Below are positions 1 through 44,234 of a stretch of 64,000 bases of DNA, piece after piece. The stretch comes from the human T2T-CHM13v2.0 reference genome, Homo sapiens: assembly GCF_009914755.1 (NCBI RefSeq), contig NC_060936.1; one strand, 5' to 3'. The notes below the pieces were generated by a model. That model was given only the letters and a program-made list of their open reading frames with translations, was not told where the DNA came from and made no database searches. Both the position numbers and the translations under genes were made by a program. The number at the start of each line of letters is the position of its first letter. Within the stretch, counting starts at the first letter, position 1.

Positions 1-210
1 TTTTGTGACTGGCTTATTCACTTAGCATAATGTCCTCAAGATTCATCCATGTTGTGGTATGTGTCACAATTTCCTTCCTTTTTACAGGTAATATTCCATT
101 TATGTATATACCACATTTTGTTTATCCATTCATCCACTGAGGAACACTTGGGTTGCTTTTACCTCTTGGCTATTGTGAATAATGCTGTTATGAAAATGGG
201 TGTACAGCTT
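1..210 (-). mobile_element. Old LINE-1 (L1M-type) 3' fragment in MIP intron 3
   Basis: Sequence such as GACTGGCTTATTCACTTAGCATAATGTCCTCAAGATTCATCCATGTTGT...TTGGCTATTGTGAATAATGCTG resembles the antisense of an L1 ORF2 end/3'UTR; recognised by eye. Confidence 0.65.
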
Positions 211-756
211 TGAAAAATTTTTAAATTATTTCCATATGTTTGGCTTGCACAACATCAACATAACCAATATTTATTGAGTGCTTACTTTATATCAGATTCT
301 GTGCTAAATGTTTCTCACATATAACTTTCACACATTTCTCGTAATGTCCCATTTTATAGTAAAACAAACTGAAGCACAGAGTGATTATTTGCCCATGGTC
401 ACACACAAAGCCGATAACGTATTAGAACTGGAATGGGGCTGAGGCCCATCTGTGCTCACAACACATCTTGATCTCTGAGAGCAGAATTTATTCTGCTCAT
501 ATTTAGTTGTCTCTCTTCATACCCGCTAGTTCAGCAACCAGTGAATACTCAGTGCATACTCCCTGACTAACCAGAGAAGGAAAAATATGAGCAAGAGCCT
601 CTCCTTCTAGCAAAATCATGAATCCTGCTCACACAGGCATGCCAAACTCTCTGACAGCCCCCTTAGCTGAGTGCTGGTACAGCAGCCAACACACGCAGAA
701 GGAAAGCAGGAATCCAGCCTGGAACCTGCAGTCCACAACCATCCAGAAGGGCTTCA

Positions 757-2451
<1,695 letters not shown>

Positions 2452-4041
2452 TTAACCCCTTCACAGCTGTGGAGGGCTAAGTCCCCTCCCCTACATGGTA
2501 AAAATGCTGGATTTTCCCGCCTTTCTCAACTGGGAGATGAGCCGAGAGAGCCATGGCAGTGAGGGTGGGATTGGGGTCACAGCAAGAGAGACTACGAGAA
2601 GTGGGGGTGAAGAACAGCAGGACTGGAAGAGTCTGCCCTTCTGTGTGTGTCAAAATTGGGGTTCATTGTCCTGATTGACATCAACATTAGAATACTCTTC
2701 AGCTCTCTTTGGAAGGTCCATCAAGCTGAGCTCACTTCATGGCATTTGGGGCTGAGCTCCTGGGGGCCTCAGCCTCCTCTGAGTCTGCCAGGGGTAAGGG
2801 TTGGGGGGAGTGGTAAGGAGTGGGGTTCAGCAGGGAAGTTGGATAACTAAAGAGAATTCTTTAGTTCCCAGGGATTAGAAGCCTTTCTCCCATTGGCTAG
2901 TTTGGGCTGGAATCTGTGGACCCTGCAGCTCTGGGACAAAATAGTTCTGCTGCGTCTGGCTTTCTCTGAGCCCGGGTTCCCTACCCCCAGTCCATGACAG
3001 CACCTCCCTTTTCAAACCCTAGGCCTGGCTTTTTAAACTACAGGGACCGACAGAGAGAAGACACTATCATCCCTGCATGGGCTGGGAGTGGGGTTGGAGG
3101 GATAGGAATAAGAAAGGGACTCGTAGTTAAACCTTAGAATCAGCTTGTATTTCATCTTTCCTAACTCACATGGTCATAGCAAGAAGTACTGAAAGGAAGG
3201 AAACAGTCATGGCTATGAAGCAATGGGAAGGTCTAATGTCCTTTAATACAGCCATGATCAGCACACCCTAAGCCTTGATCCCCAGGGAAAGGTATGGGTG
3301 TGCTGGGATCAGATCTGGGGAAACAGCCGATCAAGGAGAGGGAAAAGGATAATATGGGGAAGGAAAGTTTGGGGAAAGAGGTTCAGTTGTGCTCGGGCTT
3401 GGTGAGGGACTTGGGACCTAGGCGTGGGGTTGTGTGGTGATGGAGAAGGTAGAATGGGACATACTGATAGGTTCTACCATCTCCACATAGTGGCAAGTCA
3501 TACCGGCCACAAACTTTTCTCATGAAGCACCAGAGAGCAGAAATTCGAGGTGAGGCCTGCAAGAATGGTGCCCAGCATGGGTCCTACCCAGTACACCTGT
3601 GGGGAGAGAGAAGGAACACAGATCAGGGGCTGTGCTTTCTCCTCATAATACCCAGCTTGGGGATGGACAGAAAGAGAGTTATAGTGAAGGTAGAGGGTCC
3701 ATCTAACCTATCCACTGGCAGGAAGAGTTGCTGAGAACAGGTCAGAGAGCACCCAAAGGGTTTGGAGCTCTCAATTACATAGAAGAGAAACAGTCCACTA
3801 GAAGTCATTGGAATCTCCTATATTCTAGAAGCCTCATCAGTCTCCTGACTTAAGGCCCTGTAACCCTCAGTGCATCTCACCCAGTAATGCTCCCAGATCC
3901 CAGTCACCACTGCTGGCCTCAGGAAGCATGCAGGGTTCACGCTGCCTCCAGAAAAGTTCCCCTGGACAGGATAAAGAGAGAGGGTAGCACATCATGGTGT
4001 TAAGAGCAGAGATTTTGGCCACAGATACTCTGGTCCAATTA

Positions 4042-15874
<11,833 letters not shown>

Positions 15875-16119
15875 TAGATTATTCTCACTTAATTATTACT
15901 AAGGTCTGTATATAATTTCTATTTTATAAATTAGAACACTAAGGCTCAGAAAAGTGGAGTGAGTTGCCCAAACTCACACAGTGAAGCCGGGATCAAAGCT
16001 AATTACAGTACTGTCTAATTTTAAAATCTATACTTCTAAGCATCTGGCTACACTATATCTCTAAAAGTTTTACGTAGTTCAAATGTGAGCAGCGTTCGTC
16101 TACGCAGAAAAACTGAATA

Positions 16120-16330
16120 AGCAGCATTAACCGCGGGCAGAAACAGAACAGAAACCACTACCTTGGCGGCCGCCCGCCCCCGGGCGTCGCCTACGTCATA
16201 ACACTGCGCGGCCGCCCCTCGCGCACCACGTGCTAGGGGAGCGGGCGGGCAGATGGCTGTGTCTGTAAGCGGGAGGCGTGCCCGGTTCATCCAAGGCGCA
16301 AGATGGCGCTGCTTTTTGCACGTTCTTTGC
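16120..16330 (+). promoter_or_regulatory. CpG-island promoter of SPRYD4
   Basis: CpG-rich, with GC boxes (CCGCCC), a CRE-like TACGTCA, an E-box CACGTG at 16227-16232 and a YY1-like CAAGATGGCG overlapping the ATG; no TATA box seen. Confidence 0.75.
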
Positions 16331-17288
16331 GCTTGTGCCGCTGGGGAGCCAAACGATTGGGAGTTGCCTCCACAGAGGCCCAGAGAGGTAGGATTATCTC
16401 TTTTTACTCTTTTACCTCCAGAATGGCTGCCGTCTATTATTCCCAGACCCCACTCCGAGAAGCAACTCCAACCCTCTCGGGTCTTTTCCTTCCCCACCTG
16501 CCTTGGTCTTAAGATTCCAAACCTGTGATACCATTTGGTTTCTTTAAATTCCGGGACTTACTCAATCCGAGTTTTTCAGCTCCGTGAGCTATCCGTAGTA
16601 AAGCGACCTCGCGACTCTCTTGCCCGCTTGGCATTCTGACTCTTCCCTAGTTGCTCGTGTATCATGGCTGCCTGCCTCATATCTGAATATATCACCAGCC
16701 CTAGGGTTCTAGCCCCTGTTATTATCCCGTCTTTTTGCTCTGCCCGCAGGCGTCAGTTTCAAACTGGAAGAAAAAACCGCCCACAGCAGCCTGGCACTCT
16801 TCAGAGATGATACGGGTGTCAAATATGGCTTGGTGGGATTGGAGCCCACCAAGGTGGCCTTGAATGTGGAGCGCTTCCGGGAGTGGGCAGTGGTGCTGGC
16901 AGACACAGCGGTCACCAGTGGCAGACACTACTGGGAAGTGACAGTGAAGCGCTCCCAGCAGTTCCGGATAGGAGTGGCAGATGTGGACATGTCCCGGGAT
17001 AGCTGCATTGGTGTTGATGATCGTTCCTGGGTGTTCACCTATGCCCAGCGCAAGTGGTACACCATGTTGGCCAACGAGAAAGCCCCAGTTGAGGGTATTG
17101 GGCAGCCAGAGAAGGTGGGGCTGTTGCTGGAGTATGAGGCCCAGAAGCTGAGCCTGGTGGATGTGAGCCAGGTCTCTGTGGTTCACACGCTACAGACAGA
17201 TTTCCGGGGTCCAGTGGTGCCTGCCTTTGCTCTCTGGGATGGGGAGCTGCTGACCCATTCAGGGCTTGAGGTGCCCGAGGGCCTCTAG
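16303..17288 (+). CDS. SPRYD4: SPRY domain-containing protein 4 (207 aa)
   Basis: Exon 1 16303-16387 (85 bp, MALLFARSLRLCRWGAKRLG..., Arg-rich mitochondrial-presequence-like), GT...AG intron, exon 2 16750-17288 (539 bp). Total 624 nt = 207 aa. B30.2/SPRY motifs SGRHYWEV, FRIGVA and KVGLLLEYE are present. Confidence 0.96.
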
Positions 17289-18041
17289 TATGTCCATTAC
17301 TGGAGTCCCTAATCACGCCTTTGGCCAGCCTCCTTTTGAAAGTGTCCGAAGCCTTTTTACTTTGCCTCAAGCAACCTCTAGCTCCCACAATTCAGTGTTG
17401 GGTCCTCTGTGCAATATCATGATCATCTTCCTCATCCCCTACCTTGTGAAAGCTAGGCATACAGCCAAACCCTCCTTTTCCCCACCCACCAACACTACTG
17501 CCAATTTCCTAGGCTACCATGGGTGTATCTTCCTTGACCTGCTTCCTTCAGTCCCTCTGCCTCCCTTTGCCCAGGCCTTTCTCAGACTGTATTCCATCCT
17601 GGGGTCTTATCATTCAGCTTTGTTTGAATTTATTAATCACCATGATACCTCTCCCTCCCTTTGTCCACATGTAACTTGTTCTTGGGGCTCTACCAGATGG
17701 CTGAAGAGTAAATCCTTTCTACCTCTGGCTGAAGGAGTGGTGCAGTCAATGACTTGGCCCTTTTTCTACAGCACATTTAGAGTTTGGGCTCTGGCTCCCT
17801 CAGTAAGTGCTTTATTAACTCAGTGTGTCAAAATGAAAACAGAGCCCTCCTTCCCCAGTAGCTCAGTGCCACAGACCTTCAGCCCCACACAGCTGTAGCT
17901 ATCCTTACCCTGAGTCCATCTACCTTAAATCTGTACCTCTGACACCCAGCCAGTCTGTCATAATCATTATCCCAGTTATAACCTTGACCAAAGGGGAAGA
18001 GAGACACTTGGGGGATATCTAGGGGATGAGTGCTAGAAACT

Positions 18042-18336
18042 ATTTATTTATTTTTGAGACAGAGTCTCACTCTGTCACCCAGGCTGGAGTGCAGTGGCAT
18101 GATCTTGGCTCACTGCAAACTCTGCCTTTTGGGTTCAAGCGACTCTCGTGCCTCAGCCTCCTGAGTAGCTAGGATTACAGGTGTGTGCCACCATGCCCGT
18201 CTCATTTTTATATTTTTAGTAGAGATGGGGTTTTGCCATATTGGCCAGGCTGGTCTCGAACTCCTGGCCTCATGTGATCAGCCCACCTTGGCCTCCCAAA
18301 GTGCTGGGATTTCAGGCGTGAGCCACCACACCCGGC
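18042..18336 (-). mobile_element. Antisense Alu in the SPRYD4 3'UTR
   Basis: Full Alu in reverse orientation, flanked by the near-repeat AAACTATTTATT / AAACTGTTTATT (probable TSD). Confidence 0.85.
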
Positions 18337-18674
18337 CAAAACTGTTTATTCTTGAGAAGTTCCATCTTCATTTCTGCCACAGTTGGAACTTCCCGAGGAA
18401 GGAAGGAGGCCTGAGGTTTTGCACAATCTGTTTCAGAGCCTGTTTAGACTCAAACCTATGCTTCCCTTGGCAGCAGAATACACTTAACCTAAAGCAGTAT
18501 TTGGAGTTGAGAAAAACCTGGTGGGGTAAGTGAATATGTACTGTTTGGTAGGGTAGGTAGAGAAGCTGTGCTTTGACCCTGTGATTCCATCTTTTTCTAC
18601 CTTCTATGATGGTGATGAAGCTAGATACCCCTAGGGAAGAAAGAAGGACTGGGTTTAGCAAAAATGATTTGGTA

Positions 18675-18680
18675 ATTAAA
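18675..18680 (+). terminator. Candidate poly(A) signal ATTAAA for SPRYD4
   Basis: ATTAAA on the plus strand downstream of the SPRYD4 stop, followed by a U/GU-rich stretch (TACTTTCTCTGTCT). Confidence 0.55.
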
Positions 18681-18681
18681 G

Positions 18682-18687
18682 TTTATT
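18682..18687 (-). terminator. Poly(A) signal AATAAA of GLS2
   Basis: TTTATT on the plus strand = AATAAA on the minus strand, about 510 nt after the GLS2 stop codon. Confidence 0.75.
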
Positions 18688-19199
18688 TGAACACAAAATA
18701 CTTTCTCTGTCTATAAAATTGGCTGTTAGCAGTAGCAGCAGCATGTCCTGGCCAAGGGGAGTAGATTTCTCCAGACTACTAAAGCCATGTATATAGCCAT
18801 TCCCACTTCCCATATTCTGTGGATATGTACATGTGCATGGTAGCTAGAGTCCCTCCACCAGAGTATCTCTCTCATGATGGTTTCTTCAGGGAGAGGAAGA
18901 GGAGACCTGGGTGAAGAGCTGGGATGGTTTTGAGTGGGGCAAGCCATTAGGCTGTACCTTGAAGCCCAGTCTCTCTGGATAGCTGTACTGCAGGTGTCCT
19001 CTGAGGCCCTTCTCTGTACTCTGTCTGCTGAGGGAATGGGGTATTTTGACTCCCATAGAAAGCACTAGCCTAAGTCACCAAATGACTGCTTGGTCCCCAC
19101 TGAAGCAGTGTAGCTCTCCATAGTATTTTTGGTGGTTATGGATTACATGTGTGGCCAGCTCATGCTTTTTCTTGAGCAGGGGCTGTCCATGACCTGTGC

Positions 19200-35788
<16,589 letters not shown>

Positions 35789-37319
35789 GCCCCAGCAAGC
35801 CTCCGGCTCTGCAGGTGCGCCCGGGACCTCTAGCTGTGGCTGGGAAGGAGGGGCGGAGCGAGCGAGACAAGGTGCGGGGGAGTTCTGTGAGGGAGCGCTG
35901 GACCTGGAAGACGGAGAATGTGGGCCCGGTGGGTGGGGCTGGGGCTGGGGCAGGAGAAGGGGCCTGCCCCTTTAAAGCTGGCTCCAGGGTTAGGGGCACC
36001 CTCAGGACAGGGGCTAGGTGAGGAGCGTTGGGGATGAAGGAGAACCCGGGTGGCTTTCTAGTGGGTGGAGAGAGGGCGGTGCCTGGGAGCTGGAATGGAC
36101 AATGCCCAGGTCCAATCACTGAGGAAGCAAAAACATTGAGGCGGGGAAAGGGTAAGGTTGCCCAATGAGAGCAAGACGGTGGGACCTTGCGACAGTCTGC
36201 GGATGCTTCCGCGTGGGCCCGGCGAGCGCGGGTATCCGCGGATGCTGAGGGCGGGAAAGGCGAGGACAAGCTGAGGCGAAGCCGGTGGGGGCGGGAGGCG
36301 CTCCCCGGGAACACCGTGGGGCTGCGAATGATGGAGTTGTCGTGTAGAGAGGAGGGTGCTGCCTCGAGAGAGGAGGCTAAGTAAGAGTGAGCCCAGTTCA
36401 GGAGGTCACTCAGAGAGCCTCGACCTCCGAAGGCCAAACCAGCGCCCAGTAACCCGGCGGGTAGCGTGGCGCGCGGCCGACGTGCGGTGGTGCTGAGTGG
36501 AGAGTAGGATGACTGCTGGGTACCCCGGGCAGAAGCAGCCGACCAGCACCTCAGGGAGGCATTGGGCGGCGGGAAGGTCGCTCTGGCGGTTAGGATGCCT
36601 GGGTTCCAGTTTGTGTCCCTCTACCATTTATTTGGTGTAGGACTTGTTTTCAAATCTGGAAAGTTAAGACATTAAAATAAGTTGGCACGCAGAAAAACGT
36701 TTTATAAACCATGAAGTGCTCCCCACATTTTTCCTATTTTAATTGTTTGCCCTTGTCCTCCTCACGGGCAGAAAAGAGGCGATATACAAAAAGCATTTTG
36801 AAATCCAAGAACATTCAGGACTTTTGCCATTTGCAGCTAGAACTTTCACCTTGTATCTCGGCAGCGCCTAACCCAGCATCCATATTTAGTAGGGACTCAT
36901 TATGTAAATGATAGCTATTATTGAGTGCCCATGGTGTTCCAACCGCTTAGTTTCTCTCTCCCTCTTACCAGAGACCTACAAAGTAGTTATTAGTCTCAAT
37001 TTGAAGGTGAGGAAACTAAGACTAGGAAATTAAGAATTCTCGCATAAGGTAACCCAGCTAGTAAGTACCAGAACCAGAAATTAGACCCGTTTTTTTTTTT
37101 TAACTACAAGTCTCTCCTTCATGCAGCCCTTCTCAAAAATTAAGCATTGAATTGAATTATCCCGGGAGAAATGACCCCATCCCTAAAGGAGGTATTTTAT
37201 GTGGAAGTATTATGATACAGTACTGGGAGTCTTTTCCTTGTGATAGTTCTGGCTGTATCACAAAATACTAGTTTTTGTTTGTTTGTTTTTGAGACGAAGT
37301 TTTGCTCTTGTTGCCCTAG

Positions 37320-37451
<132 letters not shown>

Positions 37452-38587
37452 TAGTAAAGATGTGGTTTCGCCATATCGGTCAGGCTGGTCTCAAACTCCT
37501 GACCTCAGATGATCCGCCCGCCTCAGCCTCCCACAAGTGCTGGGATTACAGGCATGAGCCACCGTGCTTGTCCCATAGTTTTCATTTTTGGATTAAAATG
37601 AGTTTCAAGGGTACTCGTGGGAAAACAAGTACTGAAACCAGTCAGGTGTGTTCTGTGGAAAGGCAGTTCTCCTTTGCCTTGGTTAGGGTTGGAGGGCTTA
37701 TTTGGCTTAAAACCAGATGGAGTGACATTTGTTTTTGCTTGTTTTCGCCTTCTGTAGTCATTCTGTGTCTGCTGTATCTGTTCTCCTGTCCGTGGAAAGC
37801 CGTCTAATTCTGGGAGGGCTTGCTGCTTTATGCTTGGCTTTGCCCAAGAGGCAGAGTTCTGGGTCTCAATACTTAACGTAAACTCAATCCTGCATTAGTT
37901 TTTTTCATACGTAACAGACGAATCTTATCCTTGTTTCATAGAAATATGATTTATCTGAAACGTTTTGATCTATTCAAGAGAAAAATACCATCTGTTAGGG
38001 AATTTCTAAACATTACCCAGAAGTAATTTGCTTCCTTTTTTTCCTATTTCTGCCTCTTTGAATTAGCTTTATACTCTAATGAGTTCCTTACTCTCTTTCT
38101 CCCAGCACTCTTCCACTAATAGGAACTGGTTGGGTAGTGAAGAAGATCTATGCATGGAAGCAGAGGTTCTTTGCTTAGAGAACTAGCTCCAGCTGCACTT
38201 GGACCTTTGGACTAACTGTCTCCAATACAATATTGCTGTCTTTGCATGAGGATGGAGCATGAACTGGTGACTTGGGAGGCCAATGGTACTGTGTAAAGTA
38301 TAAGATGCTGGAGAAGAACAAGTTTGTTGTCCCAGGTGGTTAAAGCTTGGCAGGGTCAGGTCCTCTTTTTGTTTCTAATTTGAAAAATACTCATCATCTA
38401 GTTTAATTTGTGCAAAACTATTAGCCAACTATGACAAGGGCAGCTAGAAATGAAGATTTTCATAACTGAAAGAAAGTTCTTTGTGTCTCTAACAGTGGGC
38501 TTTTAGGTTAGTCCATGGCTGTGCCAGAGTTTTGTGGTATGTGAGAGAGGATTAGACTTAATGATTTTGAATCCTTAATAAAAGCTA

Positions 38588-39152
<565 letters not shown>

Positions 39153-39907
39153 TGAGCCACCGCACCTGGCCTGTTCTACTCTTTAGACTGTAGCTAGGAT
39201 GTTAATTGGTCCAAGTAAAAGATTAGTTCATTTTTTTATTAATCTTTGTTAATGATACTATTGTTACAAACTCCTTTCTGCCTTAGTTTCTCCATTTGTA
39301 AAAGATAAACTTGTATTTTACTGGGTAAAATGTAAGTACTTGGGGCTCTGACATAATGAGCTTCCATTCACTCAATTAATATTTATTTGTTGGCATTCAG
39401 TGTGCCAGGTCCAGTGCTGGAAAATCCAGAAATTTAAAAATTTAATAAACCAGTTTCTACTGGGAGAAATGAGAAAGCTTATGTTTAAAATTCCTAATGA
39501 AAAATGCTGTGATGTAGAGACATGCAGAAGAAAGTATAAAGGGGACATCTAACTAAGCTGGGGGTGAAGGGCCACTGGGATAGAAGAGGAATGGTGACTG
39601 ACAGGAGCTGGTTTTTAAAGCACGAGAGGTGTTTCAGACAGAGGGCTCTACAAGAATAAACATAGCCTGAGAGGAACATTTGAGGGACTCTACCTGTAGT
39701 TTGGTTGGAATGAAACGTGGGTATAAGAATGTGGACCAGCTGGGCGTGGTGGCTTATGCCTGTAATCCCAGCACTTTGGGAGACTGAGGTGGGCAGATCA
39801 CAAGGTCAGGAGTTCGAGACCAGCCTGACCAACACGGTGAAACCCCATCTCTACTGAAAATACAAAAATTAGCCAGGCGTGGTGGCATGCACCTGTAATC
39901 TCAGCTA

Positions 39908-40099
<192 letters not shown>

Positions 40100-40854
40100 C
40101 TAGACTTTCATGGAGTAAATGAAATTTAATAAAAGTTTAAGCGTGTCTGTGATCTACTCCAGTGTGCTTTCCTAATTCTTCTTTGGTTTAGCAATAACAA
40201 AATGAACATTTATAGGACTGAAAAAATATAAATATAAGCCTATTAAAAAACATATCATCACACTGGTCCATTTACGATGCCTAACATGCATTTTCTCTAT
40301 TTTTCCAAATAATATCTTGTATAATCTGGGTTCTCCAATAGCTATTAAAGTAGATTCTAGCAAGTCTTAATCAACAAAATATACTAAAATAATGTAGATT
40401 TTGCTAGAATTCCTAAAAAGGATTTAGAAAAGTCTGTAGGCGAAAGCTAATTTGAAGGAATTTGAAAGCCTTTGCCAACACAGCAAGAAGAAAATACCTT
40501 CGGGGTTTGCTTGATAGCATTTTCTTTTTTCTTTTTTCCCTTCTCCAAGTTATTGCTAGAGAAATAGTATTTTAATACTTGTTTTTCTTTGACTTAAAGA
40601 CTATGAAAGATGTCAGAATCTTGTATTACTCTATAGTGAACAAATGAGACCCTTCTCTAAAAGACTAGGTTAAATTAACTTTTAACCACATTTACCTAAG
40701 TGAAATGCTCCATAAGCCATATTTTATTAAGATTGTATATAATTTGAAATTTTTTACATCACCTACTTTGACCTGTCAGTTTGCAAAAAAACTGTCATTC
40801 TAGTTTTCTGATTTTCAGGAAAGTTTTTTTTTTTTTTTAACTGTATGAATTTTC

Positions 40855-42810
40855 TTTTTTTTTTTTTTTTTAAGTATTTATTGATCATTCTTGGGTGTTT
40901 CTCGGAGAAGGGGATGTGGCAGGGTCATAGGATAATAGTGGAGAGAAGGTCAGCAGATAAACATGTGAACAAAGGTCTCTGGTTTTCCTAGGCAGAGGTC
41001 CCTGCAGCCTTCCACAGTGTTTGTGTCCCTGGGTACTTGAGATTAGGGAGTGGTGATGACTCTTAATGTGCATGCTGCCTTCAAGCATCTGTTTAACAAA
41101 GCACATCTTGCACCGCCCTTAATCCATTTAACCCTGAGTTGACACAGCACATGTTTCAGAGAGCACGGGGTTCGGGTAAGGTTATAGATTAACAGCATCC
41201 CAAGGCAGAAGAATTTTTCTTAGTACAGAACAAAATGGAGTCTCCTATGTCTACTTCTTTCTACAGACACAGTAACAATCTGATCTTTCTTTTCCCCACA
41301 TTTCTCCCTTTTCTTTTCGACAAAACCGCCATCGTCATCATGGCCCGTTCTCGATGGTCGCTGTCTCTTCAGAGCTGTTGGGTACACCTCCCAGACGGGG
41401 CGGCCAGGCAGAGGCGCTTCTCACTTCCCAGACGGGGCGGCTGGGCAGAGTCGCTCCCCACTTCCCAGACGGGGTGGCTGGGCAGAGGTGCTCCTCACTT
41501 CCCAGAGGGGGCGGCCGGGCAGAGGCGCTCCTCACTTCCCAGAGCGGGTGGCCAGGCAGAGGTGCTCCTCACTTCCCAGATGGGGCAGCCGGGCAGAGGC
41601 GCTCCTCAATTCCTAGACAGGGTGGCGGCTGGGCAGAGGTGCTCCTCACTTCCCAGATGGGGCAACCAGGCAGAGATGCTCCTCACTTCCCAGACGGGGC
41701 GGCCGGGCAGAGGCGCTCCCCACTTCCCAGACAGGGCGGCCGGGCAGAGGCACTCCCCACTTCCCAGACGGGGCAGCTGGGCAGAGACGCTCACTTCCCA
41801 GATGGGGCGGCTCCCAGAGGGGGTGGCGGCTGGGCAGAGGCACTCCCCACTTCCCAGACGGGGCAGCTGGGCAGAGGCGCTCCCCACTTCCCAGACGGGG
41901 CGGCTGGGCAGAGATGCTCACTTCCCAGATGGGGCGGCTCCCAGAGGGGGTGGCAGCTGGGCAGAGGCGCTCCTCACATCCCAGACGATGGCCAGGCAGA
42001 GGCACTCCCCACTTCCCAGACGGGGCAGCTGGGCAGAGGCGCTCCCCACTTCCCAGACGGGGCGGCTGGGCAGAGATGCTCACTTCCCAGATGGGGCGGC
42101 TCCCAGAGGGGGTGGCAGCTGGGCAGAGGCGCTCCCCACTTCCCAGACGAGGTGGCCGGGCAGAGGCGCTCCCCACTTCCCAGACGGGGCGGCCGGGCAG
42201 AGGCGCTTCCCACTTCCCAGACGGGGAGGCCGGGCAGAGACGCTCCTCACTTCCCAGACGGGGCGGCTCCCAGAGGGGGCGGCGGCTGGGCAGAGGCGCT
42301 CCTCACATCCCAGACGGGGCGGCCGGGCAGAGGCCATCCCCACTTCCCAGACAGGGTGGCGGCCGGGCAGAGGTGCTCCTCACATCCCAGACGGGGCAGC
42401 CGGGCAGAGGCGCTCCTCACCTCCCAGACAATGGGTGGCCGGGCAGAGGCGCTCCTCACCTCCCAGATGGGGCGGCAGGGCAGAGGTGCTCCTCACTTCC
42501 CAGACAGGGTGGCCGGGCAGAGGCACTCCTCACTTCCTCCCAGACGGGGCGGCCAGGCAGAGGCGCTCCTCACTTCCCAGACGATGGGCGGCCGGGCAGA
42601 GGCACTCCTCACTTCCTAGATGGGGTGGTGGCTGGGCAGAGGCTGTAATCTTAGTACTTTGGGAGGCCAAGGCAGGCGGCTGGGAGGTGGAGGTTGTAGC
42701 GAGCTGGGATCATGCCACTGCACTCCAGCCTGGGCAACATTGAGCATTGAGTGAGCGAGACTCCGTCTGCAATCCCAGCACCTCGGGAGGCCGAGGCGGG
42801 CAGATCACTT
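40855..42810 (-). mobile_element. SVA retrotransposon, 5'-truncated (no CCCTCT hexamer), probably an older SVA_A/B-like subfamily
   Basis: Read on the plus strand: poly-T tail (~40855-40871), TTTATT poly(A) signal (~40877), SINE-R (HERV-K env/LTR5-derived, ...GATCATTCTTGGGTGTTTCTCGG...), GC-rich VNTR ~41390-42640 (GGCAGAGGCGCTCCTCACTTCCCAGACGGGG units) and an Alu-like domain ~42640-42810. The subfamily call is from remembered diagnostic sequence only. Confidence 0.93.
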
Positions 42811-43408
42811 TATACTACATATAAAATTTCTGTGATAGTTATTAACAGTACTGGTACTTGATTTCAAATTTCTCTGAAATATCATCTTAGTTTTGTTTTT
42901 AAATTATTATTAAACAAGTCCCTTACTGGTGAATATTTGTGTTACTTTCCTTTTTTTTGTTGTTTTTTTTTTTGAGATGGAGTTTCACTCTTGTTGCCCA
43001 GGCTGGAGTGCAATGGTGCGACCTTGGCTCACCACAACGTCCGCCTCCTGGGTTCCAGCAACTCTCCTGCCTCAACCTCCTGAGTAGCTGGGATTACAGG
43101 CGCCCACCAATATGCCTGGCTAATTTTTGGTATTTTTAGTAGATATGAGTTTTCTCCATGTTGGTCAGGCCGGCCTTGAACTCCCAACCTCAGGTGATCC
43201 ACCCGCCTCAGCCTTCCAAAGTGCTGGGATTACAGGCATGAGGCCACGGAGCCTGGCCTCCATTTTTTATTATTGCTAGAATCACCATATTTCCTGGCTT
43301 GCCTGGAACAGTATGAAACATATTCTTATGTTTATAGCAGAATTAGGCCGGACGCAGTGGCTCACGCCTGTAACCCCAGCACTTTGGGAGGCTGAGGTGG
43401 GCGGATTA

Positions 43409-43757
<349 letters not shown>

Positions 43758-44234
43758 TCATTATTGGAGCCATTTTATTTTATAATTTTATTTATTCAGC
43801 TGGTTCAGAATTCAAAAGGGCATGTAATGAAGTCGCTATCCTGCTTCTGTTTCCCAGCTATCCAGCTTCCCTCCCTGGAGGCAAACAGTGTCATTGGTTT
43901 TCAATATATCCTTCCAGATGTATGTTATCCGTATCTAAGCAGTTATATTTATTCTTACTTCGCATAAATGGCAGCATGCTATAAGCACTGTTTTGTATTT
44001 TGCCTTTAACAATTTTTATTATACATCTTGGAGAACTTTCCAAATCAGTACATAATGTGCTTCCTTTTATTCCTTCATAGTATTCTATTGTCTGGATGTA
44101 TTATAATTATTTAACAAATTCCCTATTGGTGAATATTTGTCATTATTGCTAGAATGACCGTATTTCCTTGTTTGCCTGGGACATTCTAAGCTCATGCCAC
44201 TTGTCCCAGCTTATTTATTTATTTATTTATTTGA

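Noticed and set aside
17266-17898. 210-aa ORF following SPRYD4
   Set aside because: It lies in the 3'UTR, has a non-ATG start and shows no recognisable domain.
36640-36649. p53 half-site GGACTTGTTT upstream of GLS2, a known p53 target
   Set aside because: Only one perfect RRRCWWGYYY half-site was found, with no convincing adjacent partner, so a full response element cannot be called by eye.
41235-42743. 502-aa and 421-aa ORFs on the plus strand
   Set aside because: They are antisense translations of the GC-rich, stop-poor SVA VNTR; there is no evidence of a real gene.
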